From NCBI GenBank assembly GCA_040285855.1, contig JAUFOQ010000010.1, positions 1,302,001 to 1,366,000 of the forward strand: a stretch of 64,000 nt of DNA, given 5' to 3'. This document shows positions 11,592-24,800 of this stretch, piece by piece. The stretch is from Eukaryota sp. GEM-RC1. Its lineage: Eukaryota. The translations under genes were made by a program, and so were the position numbers. The notes beneath the pieces were generated by a model that ran no database searches, had not been told where the DNA came from, and saw only the letters and a program-made list of their open reading frames with translations. Position 1 is the stretch's first letter. Every line of letters starts with the position of its first letter.

Positions 11592-14500
11592 CTAATTCGT
11601 TAGAAATACAATCCGTCCATTTGAGATTGTTTTAATTTCTGTTTTAGTTCTTTTTTTAAAACCATTATTTCCAAGATTGATACATTCAATTGTAGAATTT
11701 AACTCCAATATTTTCAAAAGTTCTAAAGCACCTTCATTACAAATAGAGTTACCCCAAAGGTCAATTTTAGAAAGAGTGGTATTTACTTTCAACAAATCAG
11801 CTAATGCCTTTACACTCAATTGTCTTCCAAACTTGAGTCCTCTAAAATTAAAAGAAGAAATATGTCTGTTGAATTCAATAATTCTTAATAAATCAGATTC
11901 ATATAAATTACAGTTAGATAAGTCAAGAGAAGTCAATGACGTACTGGTCCTGATTAAGTCACAAAACAATTCAAAAGCATCGTCAGTAAAACTACATTTG
12001 TGCATTGTAAGATTTTTAATATCAAGAGAACTTAATTCCGCGACATTCTCGCTATGAATTTCAGTGTAGTCTTGTGGTGAAAAGGAGAAAATACCTGATT
12101 CTGTGTCGATAAAGTGAGGGAAAATATCAACATCTATCAATGAACTTTTAATGGAATAAATTTGAAAAGAACGACAAGACCATCAAAATTTAAATCTGCA
12201 ATTCCATTACACTGAACACGTTTAATCGGAACATTGGATTTTACAACATTTAAAAGTAACCCTAAATCAGTGTTTTTAATCTTGTTATCGTAACTAATAA
12301 TTCCACGAGAGAAATCAATAGAATGAGAAATAAAGTCAATGGTTGGTGACGATTGGTGGGTAGAAAATTGATTGAAAATATCCAAAAGATTATTGAATTC
12401 AATATGATTGTTACTGACATAAACTCTTTTCAAGCAAGAAATTGACTGAAGTGCAGTGATAAATTTAAGACTACTGGAATACGACAGACGACAGTGACTG
12501 AATTCAACAGAAGTCAAAGAAATGTTGGATTTGAATAAATCCGCCAAAAACTGATTGCTTCTTCAGTGAAGTGACAGTTAGTAAGGATGAGATTGTTGAT
12601 ATTAAAACGCTCCAGAAATACTTGAAGTGACAACAATTGTTTAGATCGGATTTCAGTGTTTTCACCACAAAAACAGAAGAAACGCTTTTCAACGTCAAAT
12701 GAATGTGGAGAAGTATCAATTTCTAACAAATCTTTCTTCATAGAAAGAATTTCATATAAAACCATAAGTCCTACAAAACTTAAACTTTTCAATCCACGAC
12801 ACTCAACAAAATTAACACGACTGTGCAACTTCACTGCTTTTGATAGTAAGAATAAATCGCTTCCATCGAGATCATTTTCATAACGTAAGACTCCAGCAGA
12901 AAGATTAATTAAATGAGGTGATACATCTAGATTTTGCAAGCCATTTCCAACTGAAACAAGTTCAAAGATTGCCAAAAGATTAGCGAAGTTAATATCATTT
13001 TGACTCAGGTTAAGTGTGTTTAAACAAGAATTGGACTTAAGTGCACCAATTAGACTGGATACACCATCAGGAGAAAACTCACAGTAACTGAAGTCAACAG
13101 AAGGACAAGTTCTGATGATGTCACACAAAACAGAAATTCCAGCGTCAGATATTTCACATTGTTTAAAAGTAAGTTCTTTAAAACTATATGATTTCAACAC
13201 GAAATGTAGAGATTCAAGTTCTTGGACTGAAATTTGTGTCAAAGTTCTTGGTGAAAATCGGAAAACACCATTTTCAATATCTCCACAATGAGGAGAAACA
13301 TCAAGATCAATCACTGATTTGTTAATGGAAAGAATTTCAAATAGAGCAATAATTCCTTCTAAACTTCCACTTTTCAATCCACGACATTCAACACGTTTAA
13401 TTGGAACATTGGATTTTAAAGCATTTAAAAGTAACCCTAAATCAGTGTTTTTAATCTTGTTATCGTATTGAATAATACCACGAGAAAAATCAATAGAATG
13501 AGGAGACACATCAATATCAACAACTGATTTTTTAATGAAAAGAATTTCAAATAAAGTAATAATTCCTTCAAAACTGAGAGTTTTCAATCCACGACAATCA
13601 ACACGTTTAATAGGAACATTGGATTTTAAAGCACTTAAAAGTGTACATAAATCGGCAGTACCTACATGTGAGTCATAACAAATTGCGCCATTAGAAAAAT
13701 CACAAGAATGTGGAGAAAATTGAATATTTGAGGTTAATTTTCCAGCTGAAACTAAGTCAAAGATAGTCAGTAGACCCCTAAATCCAATTGAATGATTACT
13801 TAAATTGACGTTGTTTAATTTAGAGTTGGACTGCAGTGCATCGATTAATTTCAGGAAATATGCATGTATATAACAATCAGATAAGTCAAGAGAAGTCAAT
13901 GACGTACTGGTCCTGATTAAGTCACAAAACGAGTCAAAAGCATCATCAACAAAATAACATTCGTGGATACCAAGGTTTTTGATATTAAGAGATTGTAAAT
14001 CAGAGACAATCTCAGGGGTTATTTGAGTGTGGTCTTGTGGTGAAAAGTAGAAAATTCCAGATTCTGTGTCGATAAAATGAGGGGAAATATCAACGTCTAT
14101 CAATGAATTATTAATAGAATAAATTTGATGAATCGTAAGAAGAGTATCAAAATCTAAATCTGCAATTCCATTACTTTGAACACGTTTGATCGGAACACTG
14201 GACTTTAAAGCATTTAAAAGTAACCGTAAGTCAGTGTTTGTAACCTTGTTATCGTAACTAATAATACCACGAGAAAAATCAATAGAATGAGGTAACACTT
14301 CAATTGTTGGTGGTGAGTGGTGAGTAGAAAACTGTTCGAAAACAGTCAAAAGAGTTTCAAACCCAATATCAAGGTTATTGACATTAACATTATTCAAGTT
14401 AGTGTTGGACTGCAGTGCATTGAATAATTGCAAGAAATTGTCATGAGTCAGCTTGTTGTAAACAGATGAATCATCATCAAAGAAAACATCAACACTAGAA

Positions 14501-17500
14501 TGAGAGTATTCAAAATCGGATGAACAGCGAGAGAGTTGCTCCAACAATCTCATAGTACTGAAGTCAACAGAAGTCAATGAATGACAGGTCTTGATGATGT
14601 CACACAAAATAGAAATTCCAGTGTCACAAATGTGAAGTTTTTTAAGAGTAAGTTCAGTAAAACTACATGACTTCAACAAACAGTACAGAGATGAAAGTTC
14701 TTCAACTGATATTTGGGTAAAAGTTTCTGGTGAAAATCGAAAAACACCATTTTCAACATCTATACAATGAGGAGAAACATCAATATCAACAACTGATTTG
14801 TTGATGGAAAGAATTTCAAATAAAGTAACAATTCCTTCAAAACTGACAGTTTTCAATCCACGACATTCAACACGTTTAATAGGAACATTTGATTTTAAAG
14901 CAGTTAAAAGTAACCGTAAATCAGTGTTATTAACCTTTTAGCGTAACTAATAATACCACGACAAAAATCAATAGAATGAGGCAACACTTCAATAATTGGT
15001 GGTGATTGGTGAGGAGAAAACTGTTTAAAAATATCCAAAAGGGTATTGAACTCAATGTCATTGTGACTGAGATTGACTATTTTGAAAAAAGAATTTGATT
15101 GAATTGAATTGATTAATTCATGAATACTGATGTAAAGCAGACGACAGTGACTGAAGTCAACAGAAGTCAAAGAAGGATAAGTTCGGATGATGTCACACAA
15201 AACAAGAATTGCAGTGTCAGAAATTTGACATTTGTTCAATGTAAGTTCCTTAAAACTATATGATTTCAACAAAGAATGTAGAGATGAAAGTTCTTGAGCT
15301 GATATTTTGGTAAAAGTTTCTGCTGAAAATCGAAAAACACCATTTTCAATATCTATACAATTAGGGAGAAACATCAGGATCAATCACTGATTTGTTAATG
15401 GAAAGAATTTCAAATAAACTAATAATTCCTTCCAAACTGTCATTTTCCATCCACGACATTCAATACGTTTAATGGGAACATTTGATTTTAAAGCATTTAA
15501 AAGTGACACCAAGTCAGCACTGGTAACGTGATGTTCATAACGAATATAACCAAGAGAAGTATCAATAACATGGGGAGAACACTTTATATTCGGCAAGACT
15601 TCCTTCGTTAAACTTAGTTGAAAGATTTCCAAAAGATTATTTAAGTTAGTTCCGCAGTTGGAGATGTCTACCGTTTTTAAACAAGAATTGGATTTGAAGG
15701 CACCGATTAATGAAAATACTTGTTCAGGAGACAAATTACAACAACTGAAGTCAACAGAAGTCAAGGAAATATTGAGCTTAAACAAATCACTCAATTTAGT
15801 GATTGCGTCATTGGAAAAACGCCAATTGTTGAGGGAAAGTTCTTTGACATTAAAAACTTCCAAAAGAGTCTGTAAAGCTGAAACTTCTTCTACAGTTACC
15901 GGAATAGACTTATTTGGAGAAAAACCAACTATTCCATTATCCAAGTCAATACAATGACGGAAGCAATCAAAACTGATTACAGATTTGTTCAAGGAATGAA
16001 TCTCCAGCAATGTTAAACATAATTTTAAACTTGGTCGTCTCAATCCTGGACAAACTACACGTTTGATAGGAACATTTGATTTTAAAGCTTCCAAAAGCAA
16101 GACTGAATCATCATCAGATAATCTTTTCGATAATAAATAGTGCCAATCGAAAGGTCTACAAAATGAGGAGAAACTTCAAAGAATATTGGTGATTGATGAC
16201 TAGCAATACATTGAAAAATAAGTAAAAGTGTACTAAACTCCAAGCAAGAATTATTGAGAAGAACTCTTTTAAGTTAGAATTGAACTGAAGTGCTTGAATT
16301 ATCAAGATGATGTTTTCAGATGATAATTGACAGCCACTAAAGTCAATAGAAATCAATGAATTATTGACCCTGATTAAATCACACATATAGATGGTTACAT
16401 CATCAGTAAAACGACAATTGTTAAGAGTAAGCTCTTTGATACTAAAACACTCTACAAATGGCTGTAGAAGCGAGACTTCTTCGGAAGTCAAGCGAACACG
16501 TTCGTGGGGAGAGTAACAAAACACACATTTCTTAGTCTCGATAAAATAAGGAGAAATGTCGATCGTTGATCGTAGAGTAAGAAAATTTAAATTTTCATAC
16601 ACAGTAATCAATGAAGTTAACTTTAATCGTATTCCAGGAATACTAACTTTTTGAAGAGTAGAATTGCCATCAAGTGCTTTGAGAAAAGTTTGCAATTGAT
16701 GCACATTAAATAAAGAAGCACCCAAACTCAAAGAAACCAAGCCAGAAGTCATTTGAACCATTTTAATTAGTGACTTGGCAGGCTTACCTTTGAGTTCCTG
16801 TCTAGGTGTAGAAACTGTAATTGATAAATCTAACAAAGAAGTGTTTGATTGAAGAAAATTATTATAATGTTGGAATTCACAATCAGAAATCTTCAGCTTT
16901 TTTAAGGATGTATTGCTCTTTAAAACCTGAAAAATCCCACCAGGATTAATAACAGAGTGGACAAAAGATACTTCTTGCAATGACAAATTATACTTAAGAG
17001 CATCAATCACTGTAGAATCAAGACTTCGTCTACAACGAGGAAACACTAGACTTCGAAGACTAGACGTGTTTAGAAGAGGAACAAGAACAATTGAATCGTC
17101 TGTAAAAATACCAGATAAATCTAATGATTTCAGTGAAGTATTATTAGCTATAGCAGTAAACAGAAGCATTGATTCATCAGTAGGGCTTATAGAACAAAAT
17201 ACAAGTTTAATCCTACTAAATGAATGAATTGAACGAAAAACCTCTGTTAGAGCAATCACTTTAGAACTCGTTAAATAGTCAACATTGATATTTAATTCAA
17301 CAATAGTCGTGCTCAACAATAGAGCTTCACAAAAGGTAGTTAACTGAGATTCAAACCTTGTTGTAAAGTCAATGCATCTTAGTCTAGGTAAGAATAGAGG
17401 AGAAGAGCTGTCAAGTAAGTGGGTCAAATTGGTGACGTCATCACTAATTTCTAGACTGGTAATTCTTGAAGTGTGGTCAAGAAGTTCTTCAACTTCGAAA

Positions 17501-19682
17501 GACAGATCTGCATTCAAGTCAACAGATTGTACATCTGCCTTGAAGAAAGATACTATGGATATGAGAAGACCAAGTTCAGAAGCAGAAATTGAGATGGTGT
17601 TGGAGTCACTGGTGACGTGGTGTTCACAATGAATATATCCAAGAGAAACGTCAATATAATGGGGAGAAATTTGAAAATTTGGTGATAATTTACCAGTAGA
17701 ATTCAGTTCAAAAATAGTGCAAAGATTGTCAAGCCCAATAGAATTATTACATACGGAGACATTTTTTAAATTAGCGTTAGACTGCAGTGCATCGATGAAT
17801 TTCAAAAAATGGTCATGAGATAGTTGCTTGTAAACAGCAGAATCATTATCTGAATGATATTCGGAAACACTGTAATTATCATAATCAAAATCATCATTAG
17901 ACTCATGGTCATGGGAAAAAACATCATCATTAGAATGAGAACAATAGAAATCATCGGAAAAATGTGAGAGTTCCTCAGACATTCTCATATTACTAAAGTC
18001 AACAGAAGTCAAGGAATTGTTGGCCCTAATGAGACCACACAAAACATCAATTGACTTACTGTCAATACAACTTCTTTGAAGAGTAAGTTCTTTGATACTA
18101 AATCTCTCTAGAAACGATTGAATGGATGAGACTTCTGCGGCAGAAACCTGAGTACAACAATAGGGAGAAAAACAAAAAATTCCATATTCAACATCTAGAA
18201 AGTGAGGAGAGACATCTACAATTGATCTTAGTTGTAGATAATCCAAAGTTTCATAGACAGTCATTAACGAAGTTAAATCTACAATCAAGTTGGGAAAACT
18301 AACTTTTTTAATTTGTGTGTTGATTTCAACTGCTTCAAGAATGTTTGGAAAGTCTGCAAAACTAAAAAGAGAACCATATAAACTTAATACAAGCAAACTG
18401 GTATTCCCCTCAATCATTTCAATTAGTGATTGGACCTGTTTGTTATTAAGTAAAATATCAGGCTTAAAAATAGACAATTCTAATAAAGATGAATTTGACT
18501 TCAGAAAATTATTAAAATATCTGAAACGACCACCAACAATCTGTAATTTTTTTAAAACAGTATTGTTGTTAATAACTTTACAAAGGTCATTGGTATCAAT
18601 ATAAGTTTCAATGATAGTTAGTTCTTGTAACGACAAATTACACTTAAGAGCCTCAATCACTGTAGAATCAAGACTGTAACATCTAGGAAACACCAGACTT
18701 CTGATACTAGACGTGTTTAGAAGAGGAACAAGAACACTTGAATCGTCTATAAAAATACCAGATAAATCTAATGATTTAAGTGAAGTATTACTGACTAAAA
18801 CAGTAAATAAAAGAAGCGAATCACCATTTCTAACAGATGATTGAGAAGAAAATGATGTGATTCTAATCTTTCTAAATGAATGCACTGAAAATGAAACAGT
18901 TCTGCTTAAAAACCCACAATGATATTAGTTAAATCTTCAACAATTAAATTTAACTCAACAATAGTGGAACTTAAAAGCAGAAATTCACAAAAGGTATGTA
19001 GCTGGGAGTTGTACTGATCGACAATATCAAGCCTTCTAAGCCGAGGTAGAAAAAGAGAAGAAGAGTAGCTGTCAAGTAAGTCGGTCAAATTGGGAACGTC
19101 ATCATTCAATGCTAGACCAGTAATTCTAAAAGTGTGGTCAATAGAAATGCCATCTAGAAACGTTGTCTCATCTAAAGTTAATAAAACAGATTGTACATCT
19201 GCATTGAAAAAAGATGATATTGAAGTAAGAAGAGAAAAATGAGAAGTAGAGAACGTGTTTGATTCTAAAAATACCATAACTCCAAGGAAAGCTGATTTAA
19301 AGAAACGTTGACTAACATAGCCAACTTTTTGGAAGAATGCAGGGAGTATTTCAATTGAATGGGGAAAGAACAGATCACGTGTAAAACGTGACTTCGAGAG
19401 ACATCTGAGACGATGAGAATTGATCAGAACTAGTAAAGATTGTGGAAGATGTATTGTCTTCGGATCAGTTATGTCCCCACAAGCAAGAGAACAAGAGATG
19501 GCGTCCGATACAAGATCCGGGGTGGAAATAAGAGAAGAAAGCATGATATTGCAAGAGTCACATGTACAAGAACCTTTCTGCCAATTTTTGAGACATTTCT
19601 GAGAACAAACATATCGACCACAACAGACAGCAATGACCTCAGTCAGATGGGCATTACAAACGGAGCAACATAGAGGTTGCAT
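11592..19682 (-). CDS. Giant LRR family gene B (~8.1 kb), chimeric; split into 7 ORFs by mostly homopolymer frameshifts
   Basis: Consecutive ORFs from MQPLCCSVC (19682) to GRIVFLTN* (11592) form one collinear LRR array; several breaks are 1-nt homopolymer differences relative to the duplicate in gene C. Confidence 0.8.
13403..17608. repeat. ~4.2-kb near-identical direct duplication (partner 23113-27322)
   Basis: Translations are identical; the DNA differences I found are homopolymer lengths. Confidence 0.9.
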
Positions 19683-19697
19683 TAAGAGAGAATTTGT

Positions 19698-21335
19698 CTT
19701 TCAGTACGTGAATTGAAATCACTCCCAAAACAAACTCAGGTCCAAAAATGTGAGATCCATATTACATGAACATGACTTGTGCTACATTATAGTACATGTA
19801 TCAGTATAAATCTTATCACTCACCCTTTTGTACTTCATCCTCTTAATTGCCACACTCCTATCAATGCTAATGTAAACATTGAAACTATTCATCTACCATC
19901 TTCTGATTCATCATGATCACGATCCTGTAGATTTTGCTGGAAACAAGAGTCAATCAGATCTTCTTAATGTTCTTCGTTATCTTCGTCGTCAATATCCTTT
20001 TAAGCTTGAACCTGTCTCACATGAACGAAACCTTCTCAAATTTCCGCCTCTTCGTACATTTCCCCTATCTCTGGTGTCATCCGTTGTGGGAAGTCTTCGC
20101 TATCTTTCCGCAACAGATACAGATGAAATTTCCCAACAACTGACATGCTGTTGTTTATAATGACTATCAGTTCTATCTATCACTCACCACTCATAGGCTG
20201 GTTGTTTCTCAGTCTGTTCCAATCTATATGGAACGTCGTTGTCAGGAGTCGTCTGGTAATTTCCAAAGTCGTACTGAATTCTATCATAATCTTCATTGGT
20301 AACAACATTCTGAAGATATTCTCTCGTAATGCTTATGTAATTGACCATTTCTTTAATCTGAATTTGTTTAATTTTTTGAGTTGTTTTTCAAATTACATCA
20401 AATAAGCATGTGAATGTGTCAAAACTGCATCTGTTTTTCAACAAAAATTTTGATTTATTTAAATCATGGATTGAAATCCAATTCATTGTTTTCAGCAAAT
20501 CCGAAATTTTGTTGTATTCTACGGTCGTTTTATTCAACAGTTTTCCAATATATTAATATCCAAATCAGCTAACAGAATTACATCGGCAAATGGTCTGAAC
20601 AAATCAGAAATTTGGCTTAATTAATACAAGGAAGAAACTCATGGGCCTCGACTCTATTCAAAATTTTGGGAATTTGTTTTTTTTTTGGCACCTTTCTAAT
20701 CATTGCAGAAAATCTCTGTGAAGAAGACTAATTACTCCCTCATTCTTCATTAAATCAGTGGTTGAAGAAGTAATAAACCTGGTGTCACCTGGAAAAAGTA
20801 ATTTATTCAGAAACGTTGATTGAACACATCACGAGAAGTCTTTTGTTTTCTTCAATGTCAATAAAACTATTCAATAAGATTGTTGACAGCAACAATTCGT
20901 TCTTGTACTTTCGATCAAGTATGATCTAATTTATGAGCAGCACAAGGAAGCTAGTTCACGACGTGCCACTCTTTTCTCTTGGAGACTGTAGTGCAGGTAC
21001 ATGCTTCATTGGTGCATTCAGATAAAACGTGTTTGACAATCGCACTATGCACACTTGGGAATACATCATGTGTTCATAAGTGATAGGTTTGGAACAAGAC
21101 ACCTTCTTTAGTGGTTCTGGATTTGCTGTGGTGACACTAACGAGTGTGATATCGCAGCTGCCACAGCATGTGTACAAGTTGGTAGAATTCGTCCGATTTG
21201 TTACATTAATGATATTCCACATGTAATTTGTTCTTTTTATAACATAATGTCTTGCAAAGTGGGAATGAGCTCTGCATTTAGGACAAATATTGAACGTGAA
21301 AAAGTATTTTTATTGACGTGTGACATAACTCTGAT
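19698..21335 (-). mobile_element. Triplicated module, copy 2 (decayed hAT transposase plus LRR upstream region)
   Basis: Homologous to 9546-11215; PCAAHKLD remnant; abuts the ATG of gene B. Confidence 0.75.
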
Positions 21336-21882
21336 TTCTAGTGGTATTTTTCATTGATTTCATTTTTGATTTGAGATTGTGTCTGTAATTCGTTGTATTT
21401 TTTGTTGGATCGTTTTTTCTGTTTTTTATGTATTGTATCAGATCACTGTAGTTATAACTATTAGATATTGTTCCAATCTCCTTAAGTTGAGACATGAATG
21501 TCACATGAGCCATTGTTGTTACTCTCCGTTGTTAATAATGTAATGAGGATCTGTATATATAATGCTAAATAGAAGACAGTTTTATAATCAATGTCTATTT
21601 GGGAAAGTTATAATTTGATTGATCAATATTTGTTATCATGTCTTGAAGCAATCTTTTGGCAATTCTTCTGATTTAATCGTGTATTTTGTATCCAATGAGA
21701 GGAATAAATTTGTCCATATCATCAATTTCTTTCCCCCCAACAGATTTAAGATTTCTTCAAAATAATGTTTGTTCTAAAGTGTATAGTATACATATATAAT
21801 GTGACTTGAATTGTAATAAAAAATGAAGACGAACATTTTCTTCGAATTTTGATGGATTGCATGCAAAAACTGACTGGATTGG

Positions 21883-24800
21883 CTAATTCGTTAGAAATAT
21901 AATGCGTCCATTTGAGATTGTTTTAATTTCTTTTCTAGTTCGTTCGTTAATACCATTATTTCCAAGATTAATACATTGAATTGTGGAATTCAACTTCAAT
22001 ATTTTTAAAATTTCTAGAGCACCTCTCCTACTAATAGAGTTACCCCAAAGGTCAATTTTAGAAAGAGTAGTATTTACTTTCAACAAATCAGCTAATGCCT
22101 TTACACTCAATTGTCTTCCAAACTTGAGGCCTCTAAAATTTAAAGAAGAAATATGTCTGTTGAATTCTATAATTCTTAATAAATCAGATTCATATAAATT
22201 ACAGTGAGATAAGTCAAGAGAAGTCAATGACGTACTGGTCCTGATTAAGTCACAAAACAATTCAAAAGCATCGTCAGTAAAACTACATTTGTGTATGCTA
22301 AGGTTTTTAATATCAAGACAACTTAATTCTGCGACATTCTCGCTATGAATTTCAGTGTAGTCTTGTGGTGAAAAGGAGAAAATATCTGATTTTGTGTCGA
22401 TAAAGTGAGGCGAAATATCAACATCTATCAATGAACTTTGAATGGAATAAATTTGAAAAGAACGACAAGACCATCAAAAATTAAATCTGCAATTCCATTA
22501 CATTCAACACGTTTTATCGGAACATTGGATTTTAAAGCATTTAAAAGTAACCCTAAATCAGTGTTGTTAATCTTGTCAGCGTAACTAATAATTCCACGAG
22601 AGAAATCAATAGAATGAGAAATAAAGTCAATGGTTGGTGACGATTGGTGGGTAGAAAATTGATTGAAAATATCCAAAAGATTATTGAATTCAATATGATT
22701 GTTACTGACATAAACTCTTTTCAAGCAAGAAATTGACTGAATGGTAGTGAGAAATTTAAGACTACTGGAATACGACAGACGACAGTGACTGAAGTCAATA
22801 GAAGTCAAAACATGACAAGTTCGTATGATGTCACACAATTCAGATATTCCAGCGTTAGATACATGACAATTTTTAAAAGTAAGTTCTCTAAAACTATATG
22901 ATTTACAAACACAATGTAGAGATGAAAGTTCTTGAGCTGATATTTGGGTAAAAGTTTCTGGTGAAAAGCGAAAAGCACCATTGTCAATATCTACAAAATG
23001 TGGAAAAACATCAACATCAATTACTGATTTGTTAATGGAAAGAATTTCAAATGAAGTAATAATTCCTCCTAAACTGAGATTTTTCAATCTACTAAATTCA
23101 ACACGTTTCATAGGAACATTGGATTTTAAAGCATTTAAAAGTAACCCTAAATCAGTGTTTTTAATCTTGTTATCGTATTGAATAATACCACGAGAAAAAT
23201 CAATAGAATGAGGAGACACATCAATATCAACAACTGATTTTTTTAATGAAAAGAATTTCAAATAAAGTAATAATTCCTTCAAAACTGAGAGTTTTCAATC
23301 CACGACAATCAACACGTTTAATAGGAACATTGGATTTTAAAGCACTTAAAAGTGTACATAAATCGGCAGTACCTACATGTGAGTCATAACAAATTGCGCC
23401 ATTAGAAAAATCACAAGAATGTGGAGAAAATTGAATATTTGAGGTTAATTTTCCAGCTGAAACTAAGTCAAAGATAGTCAGTAGACCCCTAAATCCAATT
23501 GAATGATTACTTAAATTGACGTTGTTTAATTTAGAGTTGGACTGCAGTGCATCGATTAATTTCAGGAAATATGCATGTATATAACAATCAGATAAGTCAA
23601 GAGAAGTCAATGACGTACTGGTCCTGATTAAGTCACAAAACGAGTCAAAAGCATCATCAACAAAATAACATTCGTGGATACCAAGGTTTTTGATATTAAG
23701 AGATTGTAAATCAGAGACAATCTCAGGGGTTATTTGAGTGTGGTCTTGTGGTGAAAAGTAGAAAATTCCAGATTCTGTGTCGATAAAATGAGGGGAAATA
23801 TCAACGTCTATCAATGAATTATTAATAGAATAAATTTGATGAATCGTAAGAAGAGTATCAAAATCTAAATCTGCAATTCCATTACTTTGAACACGTTTGA
23901 TCGGAACACTGGACTTTAAAGCATTTAAAAGTAACCGTAAGTCAGTGTTTGTAACCTTGTTATCGTAACTAATAATACCACGAGAAAAATCAATAGAATG
24001 AGGTAACACTTCAATTGTTGGTGGTGAGTGGTGAGTAGAAAACTGTTCGAAAACAGTCAAAAGAGTTTCAAACCCAATATCAAGGTTATTGACATTAACA
24101 TTATTCAAGTTAGTGTTGGACTGCAGTGCATTGAATAATTGCAAGAAATTGTCATGAGTCAGCTTGTTGTAAACAGATGAATCATCATCAAAGAAAACAT
24201 CAACACTAGAATGAGAGTATTCAAAATCGGATGAACAGCGAGAGAGTTGCTCCAACAATCTCATAGTACTGAAGTCAACAGAAGTCAATGAATGACAGGT
24301 CTTGATGATGTCACACAAAATAGAAATTCCAGTGTCACAAATGTGAAGTTTTTTAAGAGTAAGTTCAGTAAAACTACATGACTTCAACAAACAGTACAGA
24401 GATGAAAGTTCTTCAACTGATATTTGGGTAAAAGTTTCTGGTGAAAATCGAAAAACACCATTTTCAACATCTATACAATGAGGAGAAACATCAATATCAA
24501 CAACTGATTTGTTGATGGAAAGAATTTCAAATAAAGTAACAATTCCTTCAAAACTGACAGTTTTCAATCCACGACATTCAACACGTTTAATAGGAACATT
24601 TGATTTTAAAGCAGTTAAAAGTAACCGTAAATCAGTGTTATTAACCTTTTTAGCGTAACTAATAATACCACGACAAAAATCAATAGAATGAGGCAACACT
24701 TCAATAATTGGTGGTGATTGGTGAGGAGAAAACTGTTTAAAAATATCCAAAAGGGTATTGAACTCAATGTCATTGTGACTGAGATTGACTATTTTGAAAA

